Below, piece by piece: positions 34,219 to 45,747 of a stretch of 64,000 nt of DNA (the stretch's first letter is position 1; each line of letters opens with the position of its first letter). The stretch spans positions 62,001 through 126,000 of the forward strand of contig JAPMXV010000076.1 of the NCBI GenBank assembly GCA_026936335.1, read 5' to 3'. Under the pieces are notes generated by a model, which was given only the letters and a program-made list of their open reading frames with translations, was not told the DNA's origin and made no database searches. Position numbers and translations under genes: made by a program. The DNA comes from Mantamonas sphyraenae STR306 (taxonomy: Eukaryota; Protista; CRuMs).

Positions 34219-37200
34219 TCACTGCTTCTCCCCCATCAACTGCTGCACCAGTGCTTCCAGTGCACTGATCCGCTTCTCAAATGCAATTTCCGTACGCCAG
34301 CGACTCAACCGCTGCTCGGTCGTCTCTCCCATCACATTCGCTCCCAGGCCCAGCAGCAGCTCAAACAATCCACGGTCGTCCTCTTCGCCTGCAATCTGCA
34401 ACGGCGTTCTCCCTCCCACCTGCGCATTCACGTCCACAAACTCCGCGCACACTTCAACCAGCGCGTGCGCTGCTTCGCCACCACGCAGCACATGCTCCCA
34501 CACCGTCCGTGGCGCGTCTCCACCCACCATCTCCACATCATCCACCGAGTACCCTGCCTCCAACAGCACCCTCAACACGGCGACCTGTGCCGTCGTCGTC
34601 TCCACAGCCACGTGCACCAGTTGCTGTCCTGCGGCGTTTGTCGTCTCGTCAGTCCTCGCCGCACCCGCAAGCGCCACCTGCAAACACTCACTGTGCCCTC
34701 GACGCACCAACACATGCAAGCACGTCTCATCACCTCCTGCGCTCTCCTCCTGCGGCGCCCACCACTGCCATCCCGTCGCTGCACGTGCCAGCACACGCAC
34801 CGCTGCTTCATCCCCCTCGCTGCACGCTTGCCACGCCCACCTCTTTGCCGCCTCACTCACATCGACGCCCGTCATCTCTGCTGCCATGTCCATGCCCTCG
34901 GCAACCACCAGGCCCACAGCACGCCCACATCCACGCGCATCCACACGCTCCGACGTCAGCACCACTTGCACAAACCTACCCGCTCCCACATGCTTCACCA
35001 ACTCCACCAACAGTCTATCATCCACCGTCTCCTCCATCACCGCTGCTTCCAACACCGTGCCCAGTTCTCCGTTCTTCCCCACGCTTGCCAACGGGGTCCC
35101 ACCAAAGCGCAGCACCGTCTGCACCACCTCCACGTCGCCTCGACTCACTGCCACCTCCACGATCGTCTGTCCTTCCCCGTCGCGTACTTCCTGCACCTCT
35201 GCCACCGTCGGTGCCTCCATCAACCCAAACAGCCTGCTCAGATCTTCTGCACACAGCGACGCCGTCATCGCGTGTGCTACCAACTGTGACGACGTGCGCG
35301 AGTCCGTGGACGATGATGAAGACGACGACGACTGCGTTCCCTCTTCAACAACGCTACCCATCGCAACCACGGGTGTGTCGTGTGCGCTACGGACAAGCAA
35401 CGCCAGCGCGTCGAGTTGCGACAAGATCTCAGTCGTCAGCAAAGCACGCGCACCGTCGCCCAGCCGCTCTGCACGCTCACGTGGCTCCCCAGCACAGGCA
35501 CACCCAAGTGCACCAAGCCGTTCCACAAGCCACGCCACGGTTTCCGCCTTTGACACGTGCTGCACCGCCTCATGCGCCACCGCCACCAGCTCTAGCCACA
35601 CACACATCTCTCCCACACACGCGTTGGCCGCCTGTGCTGCCACACGCGCCGCACTCAACACGTCAAGCATCGCTCGCTCTCCGTTCAGTAGCACGCCCCA
35701 TTGCACACCCGTGTATCGCAACACCTTGCCACCTCCACCCGCACCTTGCTCTTCCCCATTACTCTCACTCACCCCGTCCTTGCCTGGAGCGTCCCATTTC
35801 GCCGCCGCGTCGTCATCGGCCGCACGTCCACGCACCGACACCGTCCGACCCATCAGCGTTTCCTTCCCCAGCCGCGGCGTCTCTGCCAGCAGCTTCTCCA
35901 CAGCCTCCACCTCCCCTGCCTCTATCGCATCGATCAGTGCTTGTTGCACCTTGCGTTCAAGATACATCTCGTCTTCCAGCTGCGGATACTCGCCCAGCAG
36001 CGCTTCGATCTCGTTGCGTGTTCGCCGATCCGCAATCATCACGTCCTTGTTGTCCACCGTCCCATTCGTACACGGATCCGTGTCGTGCTCCAACAGCCAC
36101 TCCTCCAAACATTCTCGCTCATACGCATGCGACATCTCCCCTTCCACAACCGTCACGCACGGGTCTTGCATCAGCTGCGCACTGATTGGACACACCAGTC
36201 CTTCGGGGATCTCCACCACCGCAACCTTCTTCGACGCCTCCATCGCCTCCACTGACGCACGCACCATGGCCAGCATCTCGTCCACTTCTTCAGAAGGCAT
36301 CGCCGTTCCCTGCAACACCGTCGATCGCCACGCCTCTCTTGCTCCATCCGCCTCGCGTTCCACCAGGCGGAGTACTTGCTGAAGAGGTAGTGACCGCGCC
36401 ACGCCACCATCTCCAAGCAAATGCAGCACGCCGTTGTTCTCAGCCATCTCGTATGGGGTGAAACGCGCAGACTTGGGTCTCGTGTGCGGGTTCGCCCCAT
36501 GAGACAACAAGAACGCACACATCGCCTCGCTGTTGCTCTCCACAGCCACGTGCAGTGCTGTTGTCTCCCCATCGGGCCATGTGTCCACGGGCACACCCCA
36601 ATCCAGTAGAGATTTCATCGTCGCTGTGTCTTGGTCGCGGGCCGCTTGAACAAACGCCTCCGCTCGTGATTTGTTGCGTAAGATCGACTGGTCAGCCCCA
36701 GTGATTCCATCAACACGCCAAATCGATCGGTTGACCTCTAGCGCACGGGCCACTGCTGCGGCACCTTGGTCGCCGATCTTGTTGTTGTAGAGGTACAGCG
36801 TCTGCAGCGTGCTATTCTTCTCAAGCGCAGTGGCCACTGCTGCGGCACCTTGGTCGCCGATCTGGTTGCCGCGGAGGTGCAGCGTCTGCAGCGTGCCATT
36901 GTCCTCAAGCGCACTGGCCACTGCTGCCGCACCTTGGTGGCCGATCTGGTTGTACCCGAGGTTCAGCGTCTGCAGCGTGGTGTTGACCTCAAGCGCACGG
37001 GCCACTGCTGCAGCACCTTGGTCGCCGATCTGGTTGTTGTTGAGGTCCAGCGTCTGCAGCGTGCTATTCTTCTCAAGCGCACGGGCCACTGCTTCGGCAC
37101 CATGGTGGCCGATCTGGTTGAACCCGAGGTTCAGCCTCTGCAGCGTGCTGTTGACCTCAAGCGCACGGGCCACTGCTGCGGCACCTTGGCCGCCGATCTT

Positions 37201-37519
37201 GTTGTTGTAGAGGTACAGCGTCTGCAGCGTGCTGTTGCCATCAAGCGCACGGGCCACTGCTGCGGCACCTTGGTCGCCGATCTGCTTGGCGTAGAGGTTC
37301 AGCGTCTGCAGCGAGTGAAATCCAGAGAAACGCATCTCCCCGCGCGTGTGAGCATAATGCACGGAACCAAACATCCCTAGGTCGTCCAAACCATCCCCAA
37401 CATACGCTACCATGCGCTTTCATTGCCTCGATCACCTTGTCAATGTCAATATCGCCCGTGAGAAGCGATTTCCACTCAGCCACCGAGAGGGCTTTTTCGC
37501 TCGCTTTTCTGCACACCAT
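34219..37519 (-). CDS. LRR (7 x 28 aa) - ankyrin - U-box - ankyrin E3 ligase-like protein; exons 37519-37406 and 37305-34219
   Basis: LRRs TLxLxxNxIGDQGAAAVARALExNSTLQ; ankyrins GETTALHVAV, DETCLHVLV, GRTPLQIA; U-box IPEGLVCPISAQLMQDPC...YERECLEEWL...DPCTN. A 100-nt phase-0 intron (GTATGT..CTCAC..CTGCAG) reconciles ORFs 37241-37600 and 34219-37413. Confidence 0.88.
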
Positions 37520-37829
37520 TGTGGACAACGAGGATGTTTTGAAAGGCTGATATGTCAGTTGCAACCCAGTACGCACCCCAGCGTCACTTTGCATCGTCAT
37601 AGCTTCAATTCATGGCCACTCACCTCGACGACATGTTTGCGTGTGTCCTCACCCGCAGCAACGAGGCACATTGAATCACACCGTCGCCGCCTCCCCGGCA
37701 AGCGACCCGTCTTTAACCCTGCCTCCACGCAGCGGACAAGATACTCCTTTCTCGCACCAAGAGGCGGTTATCTTTTCCGCTGCGTGAGGGCACGACGGGA
37801 GAGAGCACGCCGAAAAGTGCAAGCACGGC

Positions 37830-38055
37830 GCACTGTGCCCCAAACGAACAACATGAAAGGAAGGGCGATGCATTCCTTCCAATGGTGACAGAATCACCCA
37901 CTGCCTGTTCTGCCCGAGTCTGGATCGCGTGTGTCACCAGCGCTACTGCTCTCTCTTGTGCCCCTTTCACTCAGCTGAATCAGTCGGACCCAGCGCGTTC
38001 AGGGTAGCATGGCAGACGACCACAACACGCGCCTGCAGGTTCATGAGGTCTGATG
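37830..38055 (+). repeat. Dispersed repeat family C, partial copy 2
   Basis: tgtgccccaaacgaacaacatgaa...gcctgcaggttcatgaggtctgatg matches about 32435-32654. Confidence 0.88.
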
Positions 38056-39698
38056 AGATGTCTTCCAATGGGATGCTCGCTTCAGCAGTGCCGTGGTGCT
38101 GGGCCCCACCACCGTGTTCCAATGTGCAAGTGTACGGTGCTGACGCACTCTGAGCAGTGGGCAAAAAGAGGTCGCTGTGGGGTTGGATGGGTTGGATCCA
38201 AAGAACGACTTGGATTGCTGGCATTGTTGTCCGTCTTACTCACAAGAGAGACACGAAACAAAACGAACGAACCCGCAGTGCAGTGCAGTGCCAGTGCAGC
38301 TCTCTCTCGTTCTTTGCGTGGGTTGTGGCCTGCACAGCAGCACTTCAATGATCCAACTGTTTCCCTTTCAGCCCATTTTTGGAACCCCAACCCGACCCAA
38401 TTTGCCAGAAAGCAATTCGCCACCTGTGCAACCCTCGCAACCCCCCGGGACACAACTTGCCTCTTGCTGTGTTTCCGAATGGGGTTTGCCGGCTTGCCAT
38501 GGCCACCATGCATGCCAGACAGCACGTGACGCGTGGATACGAAACAAACTCAATCCAGTGCAAGGATTCAGTGAGTGTGCCTCCCCCTTTGAATCTCTTT
38601 CTGTCCGTGCTCGTCGAGGAGGCTGCCTGCCTCCCCCGCCCCTTCCCGCCACTCCTCTTGCTCCAGGGGACATGTTGACACAAATTCAGCGACCATCCCA
38701 CCCTTTCCACACGCATGTCTGTGTGTCACTCGAAAGTTGCAGTGGCATTGATTCACCAGGGCCTCACATGGTGGTTCGCCGGGTTGGATGATGCACACAC
38801 TGGCCACTCCACACGGTGCCACAGCCCTAACCCACAGGACAGGCAACAGCGACATTGTGCATCCACGCCTGCCATCCGATCCCCCCACCCCCTCCCTTCA
38901 TGCGGAGGGACGAGCATGCGCATGTTTACGCCGAAAGGAGGCCGGTTTGGGTTGGCTGGGTGGTGAGGGAAGCTGGAATCAGCGCTGTGTGGGCTCCTGG
39001 CACCGCTGTAGGGGCAAGCACCACTTGCCCATGGTACCATACACTCTTAGACACCAATCCAGACATCTAAATGCAGTTTCAAATGAATACGATGCACGTA
39101 GCACTAAAGCCACGCGATACAGTGCCGCCGGATTGCAACGCCCCGTGTGGTTGTATGTGGTATGTGGGTGCACATCCAACCACCTTGGCCTGTGCAATGC
39201 AGTGCAGTGCAAAACGTTGTGCCAGCGAAAGCGGTGTCAAATGCTCAGGAAAGGAGCAGGAGCGAGGCAAACGTGGGCGTTTGGAGCCGCCTGCTGGCCC
39301 ATACATATATTTGGCGATGGTGGCCGAGGGGCCCGGAACCCAGACCCAGCTCAGCACCACCGGGTGCCATGCTGCCGTTCCACATGCCACCCATGTTTGC
39401 ATTGGATGCAGTTGGGCCGGTACGTGGCAAGCAGGTACTCATTGCATCGTCCATCGTGGACACAGAGGTGTGTAAAGAGGAGGAAAACCCGGCTGCGCAG
39501 AATGGCTGGCTTTAGTGCTCACCATGCGTTGAACATGTGTCCTTGTGCCAGAGGGGAGCCTGGGTATGTGGCTTCCGAATGTGAGATGGGCAACTTTAGC
39601 AATGGAGTGTGCTGCCCATTTGGTATGGTGCCGCAAGTGCACTGGGTGTGCCCCCCACCCCCACCCCACCCCACCCCACCCACCCATCACACCAAAAG

Positions 39699-40133
39699 TC
39701 ACAACCGTGGGCTTTGCAGACACAAAAGGCTCCATGTGTGTATGGCAACAACATGGCACGCACAGCGTGTCACATTGGGCTTGGCAGGCCACACCACGCG
39801 CAGGTAACCCAGCGCATCCGTGCGTGCGTCCCATTCGTACCCCTTCGCCTGACCCAACAGTTGCTGCAGTTGCACCAGAGCCAGTCGATCCCGTGCGAGC
39901 ATGTCCACCTTGCTTCTGGGGCTCTCATCCTCCTCCTCCTCCTCCTCCTCCTCCGTCATTCTGTCCGACAGCCCCGGCGTAGTCTGCCACACAAACGCAC
40001 TCAGGGCCTCGACCACGCTGCCATGGACCACATTCCCGTCCTCGTAGTCAAAGCGGGCATCGGTGGCAAGCAGCTTTAGGGGCAAGGGATTTCTGCGACC
40101 GGCGTGGCGTTGCTTTGCTTGGCTTTCCTGCAT
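39699..40133 (-). CDS. Hypothetical protein with poly-Glu tract, divergent from the BTB gene
   Basis: ORF 39699-40208 from MQESQ has protein-like composition; no recognised motif. Confidence 0.35.
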   Translation of the reverse strand: MQESQAKQRHAGRRNPLPLKLLATDARFDYEDGNVVHGSVVEALSAFVWQTTPGLSDRMTEEEEEEEEDESPRSKVDMLARDRLALVQLQQLLGQAKGYEWDARTDALGYLRVVWPAKPNVTRCACHVVAIHTWSLLCLQSPRL

Positions 40134-40309
40134 CAGCAATGGGAAATGGGGACAATCGGCCTGTGTGATCCGTAGAGACACATATGGATGTGTGTCGTAG
40201 TACAACACCGAGGGTGTTTGTCGTTGCTTGCATGTGTGTGCGCTCGACTCGCTGGCGACGGGAGTGACTTTGGTCGTTGGTGCGCATGTTCACACAGATA
40301 AAACATCGG

Positions 40310-43300
40310 ATGTCGACACGAGACGGAAAGGCGGGCACAGCAGCAGGCAACGAAGCGTCGTTGAAGTACGGCGGCATGGAACTGGACACCTCGGGGGCGA
40401 ATCATTACCTGCACGGACAGCGCGAAAACGAGTACGGACCTGCTTCGCAGTTCAGCGCCAATCAGGATCCCATGCAGCAGCAGTTCCACGACTGGTTTGT
40501 CAACCAGTGGGACTGCGACGTGACGCTCAAGCTTTGCATCGCCGATGAAGGTGAGTGCGACGGGTGCGACGGGAGGGCTTTTTGTGCGTTGTCAGGAACA
40601 CAATGGCTCACCGTTGGCACAGGCAAAGACGACGAACAAACACAGGTGGCCGCTTCCCTGGGATCACATTCCCTGTTCCTGCGCATGTTCTCGGGCTACT
40701 TTCGTGACATGCCCTACGAGCGGGAGGATATGGTCGAGCAGCCTGTGTTGGCGCGGTGTGAGGAACACGTGCAGGCGTTTCGCGCCGCCATCGAGTGGTG
40801 CTACACCCAAAGGATCCCAACAGGCGACCCTGCGCTGTGCTACTCACTGCTGTGTGTGGCCAGTGAGTGGCGCATGGCCAAATTGACCGAGCAGGTGCTG
40901 CACTGGGTGCAAAGTGCACAGCTCTCTGCTGCACAGGTCGCTCGGATGTGCAAACGTGCCTTTCAATGTGGCTGTACGCCCGTGTATCACCAGGCTGTGC
41001 AGATGTTGGCTGACCGATGGGAACAGGTGGTGGCGGCAGGCGACGCCATTGATCTCGGGTACATGAACGCGGGTGTGTTTTGTACCTTGGTCAGCCAAGC
41101 AGTCGCACAGAACGACAACCGCCTGGACGAGGGTCTGGGTGAGGTGGTGGGACGCTACCTGCGCACAGACAACATCGTGGAGCTATGCGACGAGGACGAC
41201 GTCGAGTACCTGACTCTGCTGATGGGGCAAGTGGAGCACAACGAAGAAGCTGTGCTGTTGCGTCTGTGTCTGGCAACGCAGGCCGATCCACAGTCATTGT
41301 GCATGCAGATGGCGGGAAAACTCCAGACTCTGGTGGACGAGGACAAGATGGATATGAACGCCCTGCCTGTCGACGTCGTGGTGCAGGTGTTGTCGCAGGA
41401 CGAAATGACGGTGAATAGTGAAGACGTCGTGCTTGGATTGGTGCGTCAGTACGTGGCACAGCATGACGGCGACGGGGAGGAGCAAGGGTGGGAGAAACGT
41501 GTGTTCGGATGTGTGCGTTGCGGCCTGCTCTCGGCCGATGTCCTCAAAGCGGCAAAGAAGGAGATTCGGCAGATGCTGGGCGCAGACGTGTACGGAGACG
41601 CACTCGAGGACTGTATGTCAGTCCGCGACGGGGGCGAACCAGAGAATTGTACAAAGCGCATGGCACCGGCAAAGGAGATCGCAGTCAAGCCGGCGATGCC
41701 CCCAACCACGCAGTCGACCGTGAATCCAAACATGGGCTTGAGTAAGTCGGGTGATGAAGCAGGTGATGAGGGAGCGAGCTGGGAGGAGCGCATTCGTGGA
41801 GCAGTAGGCGGCAGGAAGGACTGACACAGAGGACGCAGAACGTAAGTCGGGTGATGAAGCAGGTGATGAGGGAGCGAGCTGGGAGGAGCGCATTCGTGGA
41901 GCAGTAGGCGGCAGGAAGGACTGACACAGAGGACGCAGGGAGTAAGTCGGGTGATGAAGCAGGTGATTAGGGGGCGAGCTGGGGAGAAGCGCATTCGTGG
42001 AGCAGTGGGTGGCAGGAAGGACTGACACAGAGGACGCAGAACGTAAGTCGGGTGATGAAGCAGGTGATGAGGGAGCGAGCTGGGAGGAGCGCATTCGTGG
42101 AGCAGTAGGCGGCAGGAAGGACTGACACAGAGGACGCAGGGAGTAAGTCGGGTGATGAAGCAGGTGATGAGGGAGCGAGCTGGGGAGAAGCGTAGTCGTG
42201 GAGCAGTGCGTGGCAGGAAGGACTGACACAGAGGACGCAGGGGGTAAGTCGGGTGATGAAGCAGGTGATGAGGGGGCGAGCTGGGGAGGAGCGCATTCGT
42301 GGAGCAGTAGGTGGTAGGAAGGACTGACACAGAGGACGCAGGGAGTAAGTCGGGTGATGAAGCAGGTGATGAGGGGGCGAGCTGGGGAGGAGCGCATTCG
42401 TGGAGCAGTGGGTGGTAGGAAGGACTGACACAGAGGACGCAGAACGTAAGTCGGGTGATGAAGCAGGTGATGAGGGGGCGAGCTGGGGAGGAGCGCATTC
42501 GTGGAGCAGTGGGTGGTAGGAAGGACTGACACAGAGGACGCAGAACGTAAGTCGGGTGATGGAGCAGGCGATGAGGGGGCGAGCTGGGGAGAAGCGTAGT
42601 CGTGGAGCAGTAGGCGGCAGGAAGGACTGACACAGAGGACGCAGGGAGTAAGTCGGGTGATGAAGCAGGTGATGAGGGGGGGAGCTGGGGAGAAGCGTAG
42701 TCGTGGAGCAGTAGGCGGCAGGAAGGACTGACACAGAGGACGCAGAACGTAAGTCGGGTGATGAAGCAGGTGATGAGGGGGCGAGCTTGGGAGAAGCGCA
42801 TTCGTGGAGCAGTGGGTGGCAGGAAGGACTGACACAGAGGACGCAGTTGGTAAGTGGGGTGATGAAGCAGGTGACGAGGGGGCGAGCTGGGGAGGAGCGT
42901 AGTCGTGGAGCAGTGGGTGGTAGGAAGGACTGACACAGAGGACGCAGCTCGTAAGTGGGGTGATGAAGCAGGTGATGAGGGGGCGAGCTGGGGAGAAGCG
43001 TAGTCGTGGAGCAGTGGGTGGCAGGAAGGACTGACACAGAGGACGCAGGGAGTAAGTCGGGTGATGAAGCAGGTGATGAGGGGGCGAGCTGGGAGAAGCG
43101 TAGTCGTGGAGCAGTGGGTGGCAGGAAGGACTGACACAGAGGACGCAGAACGTAAGTCGGGTGATGAAGCAGGTGATGAGGGGGGAGCTGGGGAGAAGCG
43201 TAGTCGTGGAGCAGTAGGCGGCAGGAAGGACTGACACAGAGGACGCAGTTGGTAAGTGGGGTGATGAAGCAGGTGATGAGGGGGCGAGCTGGGGAGAAGC

Positions 43301-44586
43301 GCATTCGTGGAGCAGTAGGCGGCAGGAAGGACTGACACAGGGGGTGCAGCTCGTAAGTGGGGTGATGAAGCAGGTGATGAGGGAGCGAGCTGGGGAGAAG
43401 CGTAGTCGTGGAGCAGTAGGCGGCAGGAAGGACTGACACAGAGGACGCAGTTGGTAAGTGGGGTGATGAAGCAGGTGATGAGGGGGCGAGCTGGGGAGAA
43501 GCGTAGTCGTGGAGCAGTAGGCGGCAGGAAGGACTGACACAGGGGGTGCAGCTCGTAAGTGGGGTGATGAAGCAGGTGATGAGGGGGCGAGCTGGGGAGT
43601 AGCGTAGTCGTGGAGCAGTAGGCGGCAGGAAGGACTGACACAGAGGACGCAGTTGGTAAGTGGGGTGATGAAGCAGGTGATGAGGGGGCGAGCTGGGGAG
43701 AAGCGTAGTCGTGGAGCAGTAGGCGGCAGAAAGGACTGACACAGAGGACGCAGCTCGTAAGTGGGGTGATGAAGCAGGCGATTAGGGGGCGAGCTGGGGA
43801 GGAGCGCATTCGTGGAGCAGTGGGTGGTAGGAAGGACTGACACAGAGGACGCAGAACGTAAGTCGGGTGATGAAGCAGGTGATGAGGGGGCGAGCTGGGG
43901 AGGAGCGCATTCGTGGAGCAGTGGGTGGCAGGAAGGACTGACACAGAGGACGCAGAACGTAAGTCGGGTGATGGAGCAGGCGATGAGGGGGCGAGCTGGG
44001 GAGAAGCGTAGTCGTGGAGCAGTAGGCGGCAGGAAGGACTGACACAGAGGACGCAGGGAGTAAGTCGGGTGATGAAGCAGGTGATGAGGGGGGGAGCTGG
44101 GGAGAAGCGTAGTCGTGGAGCAGTAGGTGGTAGGAAGTACTGACACAGAGGACGCAGGGGGTAAGTCGGGTGATGAAGCAGGTGATGAGGGGGGGAGCTG
44201 GGGAGAAGCGTAGTCGTGGAGCAGTGGGTGGCAGGAAGGACTGACACAGAGGACGCAGGGGGTAAATCGGGTGATGAAGCAGGCAATGAGGGGGTGAGCT
44301 GGGGAGAAGCGTAGTCGTGGCGCAGCAGGTGGTATGAAGGACTGACAGAGAGGGCTTAGCCAATGTTGGCTACTCCTCAAAGGGACAAGTGCTCAGCCAA
44401 GGTACACAAGTGAGTGTGGCACCATCTTACGCCGCTGGGGACACAGTCACGATTGACTTTTCTCACAGGAACCAAACGGTGACTTTCTACGTCAACCACA
44501 AAGAACAAGGTGCGGTGGAGGTTGGAGCAAAGTCTCCCCTCTTTCCAGTGATATCTGCAAAGCACGCGACCGCTTCGCTTTGTTGA
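40310..44586 (+). CDS. BTB/POZ - BACK - SPRY-like protein (putative cullin-3 adaptor); exons 40310-40550, 40623-41741, 25 three-nucleotide microexons, 44360-44586
   Basis: BTB: CDVTL...SHSLFLRMFSGYFRDM...AIEWCYT. BACK: LPVDVVVQVLSQDEMTVNSEDVVL...CVRCGLL. Last exon GYSSKG...GDTVTIDFS..TVTFYVNHKEQG...LFPVIS is SPRY-like. First donor (41742) and last acceptor (44359) are both phase 1. Confidence 0.8.
41742..44359 (+). repeat. Tandem array of 26 near-identical 97-98-nt spliceosomal introns separated by 3-nt microexons
   Basis: Each unit reads GTAAGT(c/g)gggtgatgaagcagg...ggACTGACacagaggacgCAG + NNN. NNN in order: AAC GGA AAC GGA GGG GGA AAC AAC GGA AAC TTG CTC GGA AAC TTG CTC TTG CTC TTG CTC AAC AAC GGA GGG GGG. 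The last unit is slightly divergent (GTAAAT..TAG). Confidence 0.88.
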
Positions 44587-45273
44587 AGCCCTGGCACACA
44601 TGCGCATCCATACACATGCGATCTTTCTCACCATGCTGTCCACGTGGACGAAACGCCGTAGAAATCCGTTGGCCAACGACGTCCGAAAAGATGAATCCTC
44701 TCTGGGACGTTAAGGCAGCGTGCGTGAACTGGTGAGGACCAGCAAGTGAGTTTGACTGTGGAGTCGGATTACAGCGAGCGTGTTTTTATTGCTCAGCAAC
44801 AAAGGCCAAGCCAATGTCGTGTGGCAGTGGTGCACTCATGTCCTGATGACCGATGTCTTGCTGATGGGTCAAATCCTTGGCACTTGCGGTCGGGTGCAAA
44901 CGCATCCACTCGGGATCGCTGTACAAAAGTGTGAAGGGCGTAGTTTGTGTTCCAGTTCATCAAGGTGTTTGCACATGTGTTTGCCATGGGTTTGCTGGGA
45001 GTAGCCGTGTCACTGTTCCTACACGGGGCCGAAGTTTCTTTTGATGCGGAGCCCTGGATTGCCACATTCGTCACACTCCATGCGGCTATTTGCCCACTCA
45101 TACACGCAGTCCAGTCTGTGGCAGGTCCTCAGAGAAGGATTCATTGATCGTGTAAACAGGCAACGGCAATGAGTCGTCCGAGTGGTCGCTTCTCCCATCC
45201 GCGTCCCACACCTGCTCACGCGTTGGTTGCGGTGCTTTGAGAAAAAGACGACGCGGGACAAAGGCCGCCCGCC

Positions 45274-45747
45274 TCATTGTGAAGCCAAGGAGGGCATGAG
45301 CAAGCACAGGAGGCCAAACAGGACAAGGCACCATGTGGCCTTGCGTGCACCCTTGCGTGTCGACACACACGGCACAAGGCGCATCATGCCATCGTCCATG
45401 ATGTCGCAGCAGCCGGGTTTCCCATCTTTTTCGAGATGCGCCTCGTTGAACCAGGAGCACGCACGGATGTCCGACCTGATGAAGAGTGGGATGGGTTGGT
45501 TGTCAATGGTGGTCACAGACACCACCGACACGGCACTCTCCGTGTCCAGCATGCTCCCGGGAGACAGTGTGATCGATCCTCCCCCGCTGGTGACGATGTT
45601 GACGGGCACGTTCAGATTGTTCACCGTCACCGTCGCCCGCCAGCTGCCTCGGTACAGCACAGGCGACGACGACGACTGAAACACGTCCAGCACTCGTGCG
45701 TTTCCTTCTTCAAGCCGATTGTAGTTGTTGTTGTTGTTGCGTGACAT
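45274..45747 (-). CDS. Hypothetical protein with C-terminal hydrophobic (tail-anchor-like) helix
   Basis: 157-aa ORF with ATG start, beta-rich core and WCLVLFGLLCLLMPSL end. Confidence 0.5.
   Translation of the reverse strand: MSRNNNNNYNRLEEGNARVLDVFQSSSSPVLYRGSWRATVTVNNLNVPVNIVTSGGGSITLSPGSMLDTESAVSVVSVTTIDNQPIPLFIRSDIRACSWFNEAHLEKDGKPGCCDIMDDGMMRLVPCVSTRKGARKATWCLVLFGLLCLLMPSLASQ

Noticed and set aside
41742-44359. CRISPR-like repeat-spacer array
   Set aside because: Repeats are 97-98 nt with 3-nt recurring spacers, there are no cas genes, and the context is eukaryotic.
41446-44380. Long minus-strand ORFs (946, 920, 591 aa) across the 100/101-nt array
   Set aside because: They arise from a stop-poor repeat. 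Unit length is not a multiple of 3, so frames cycle, and the plus strand carries splice signals in every unit.
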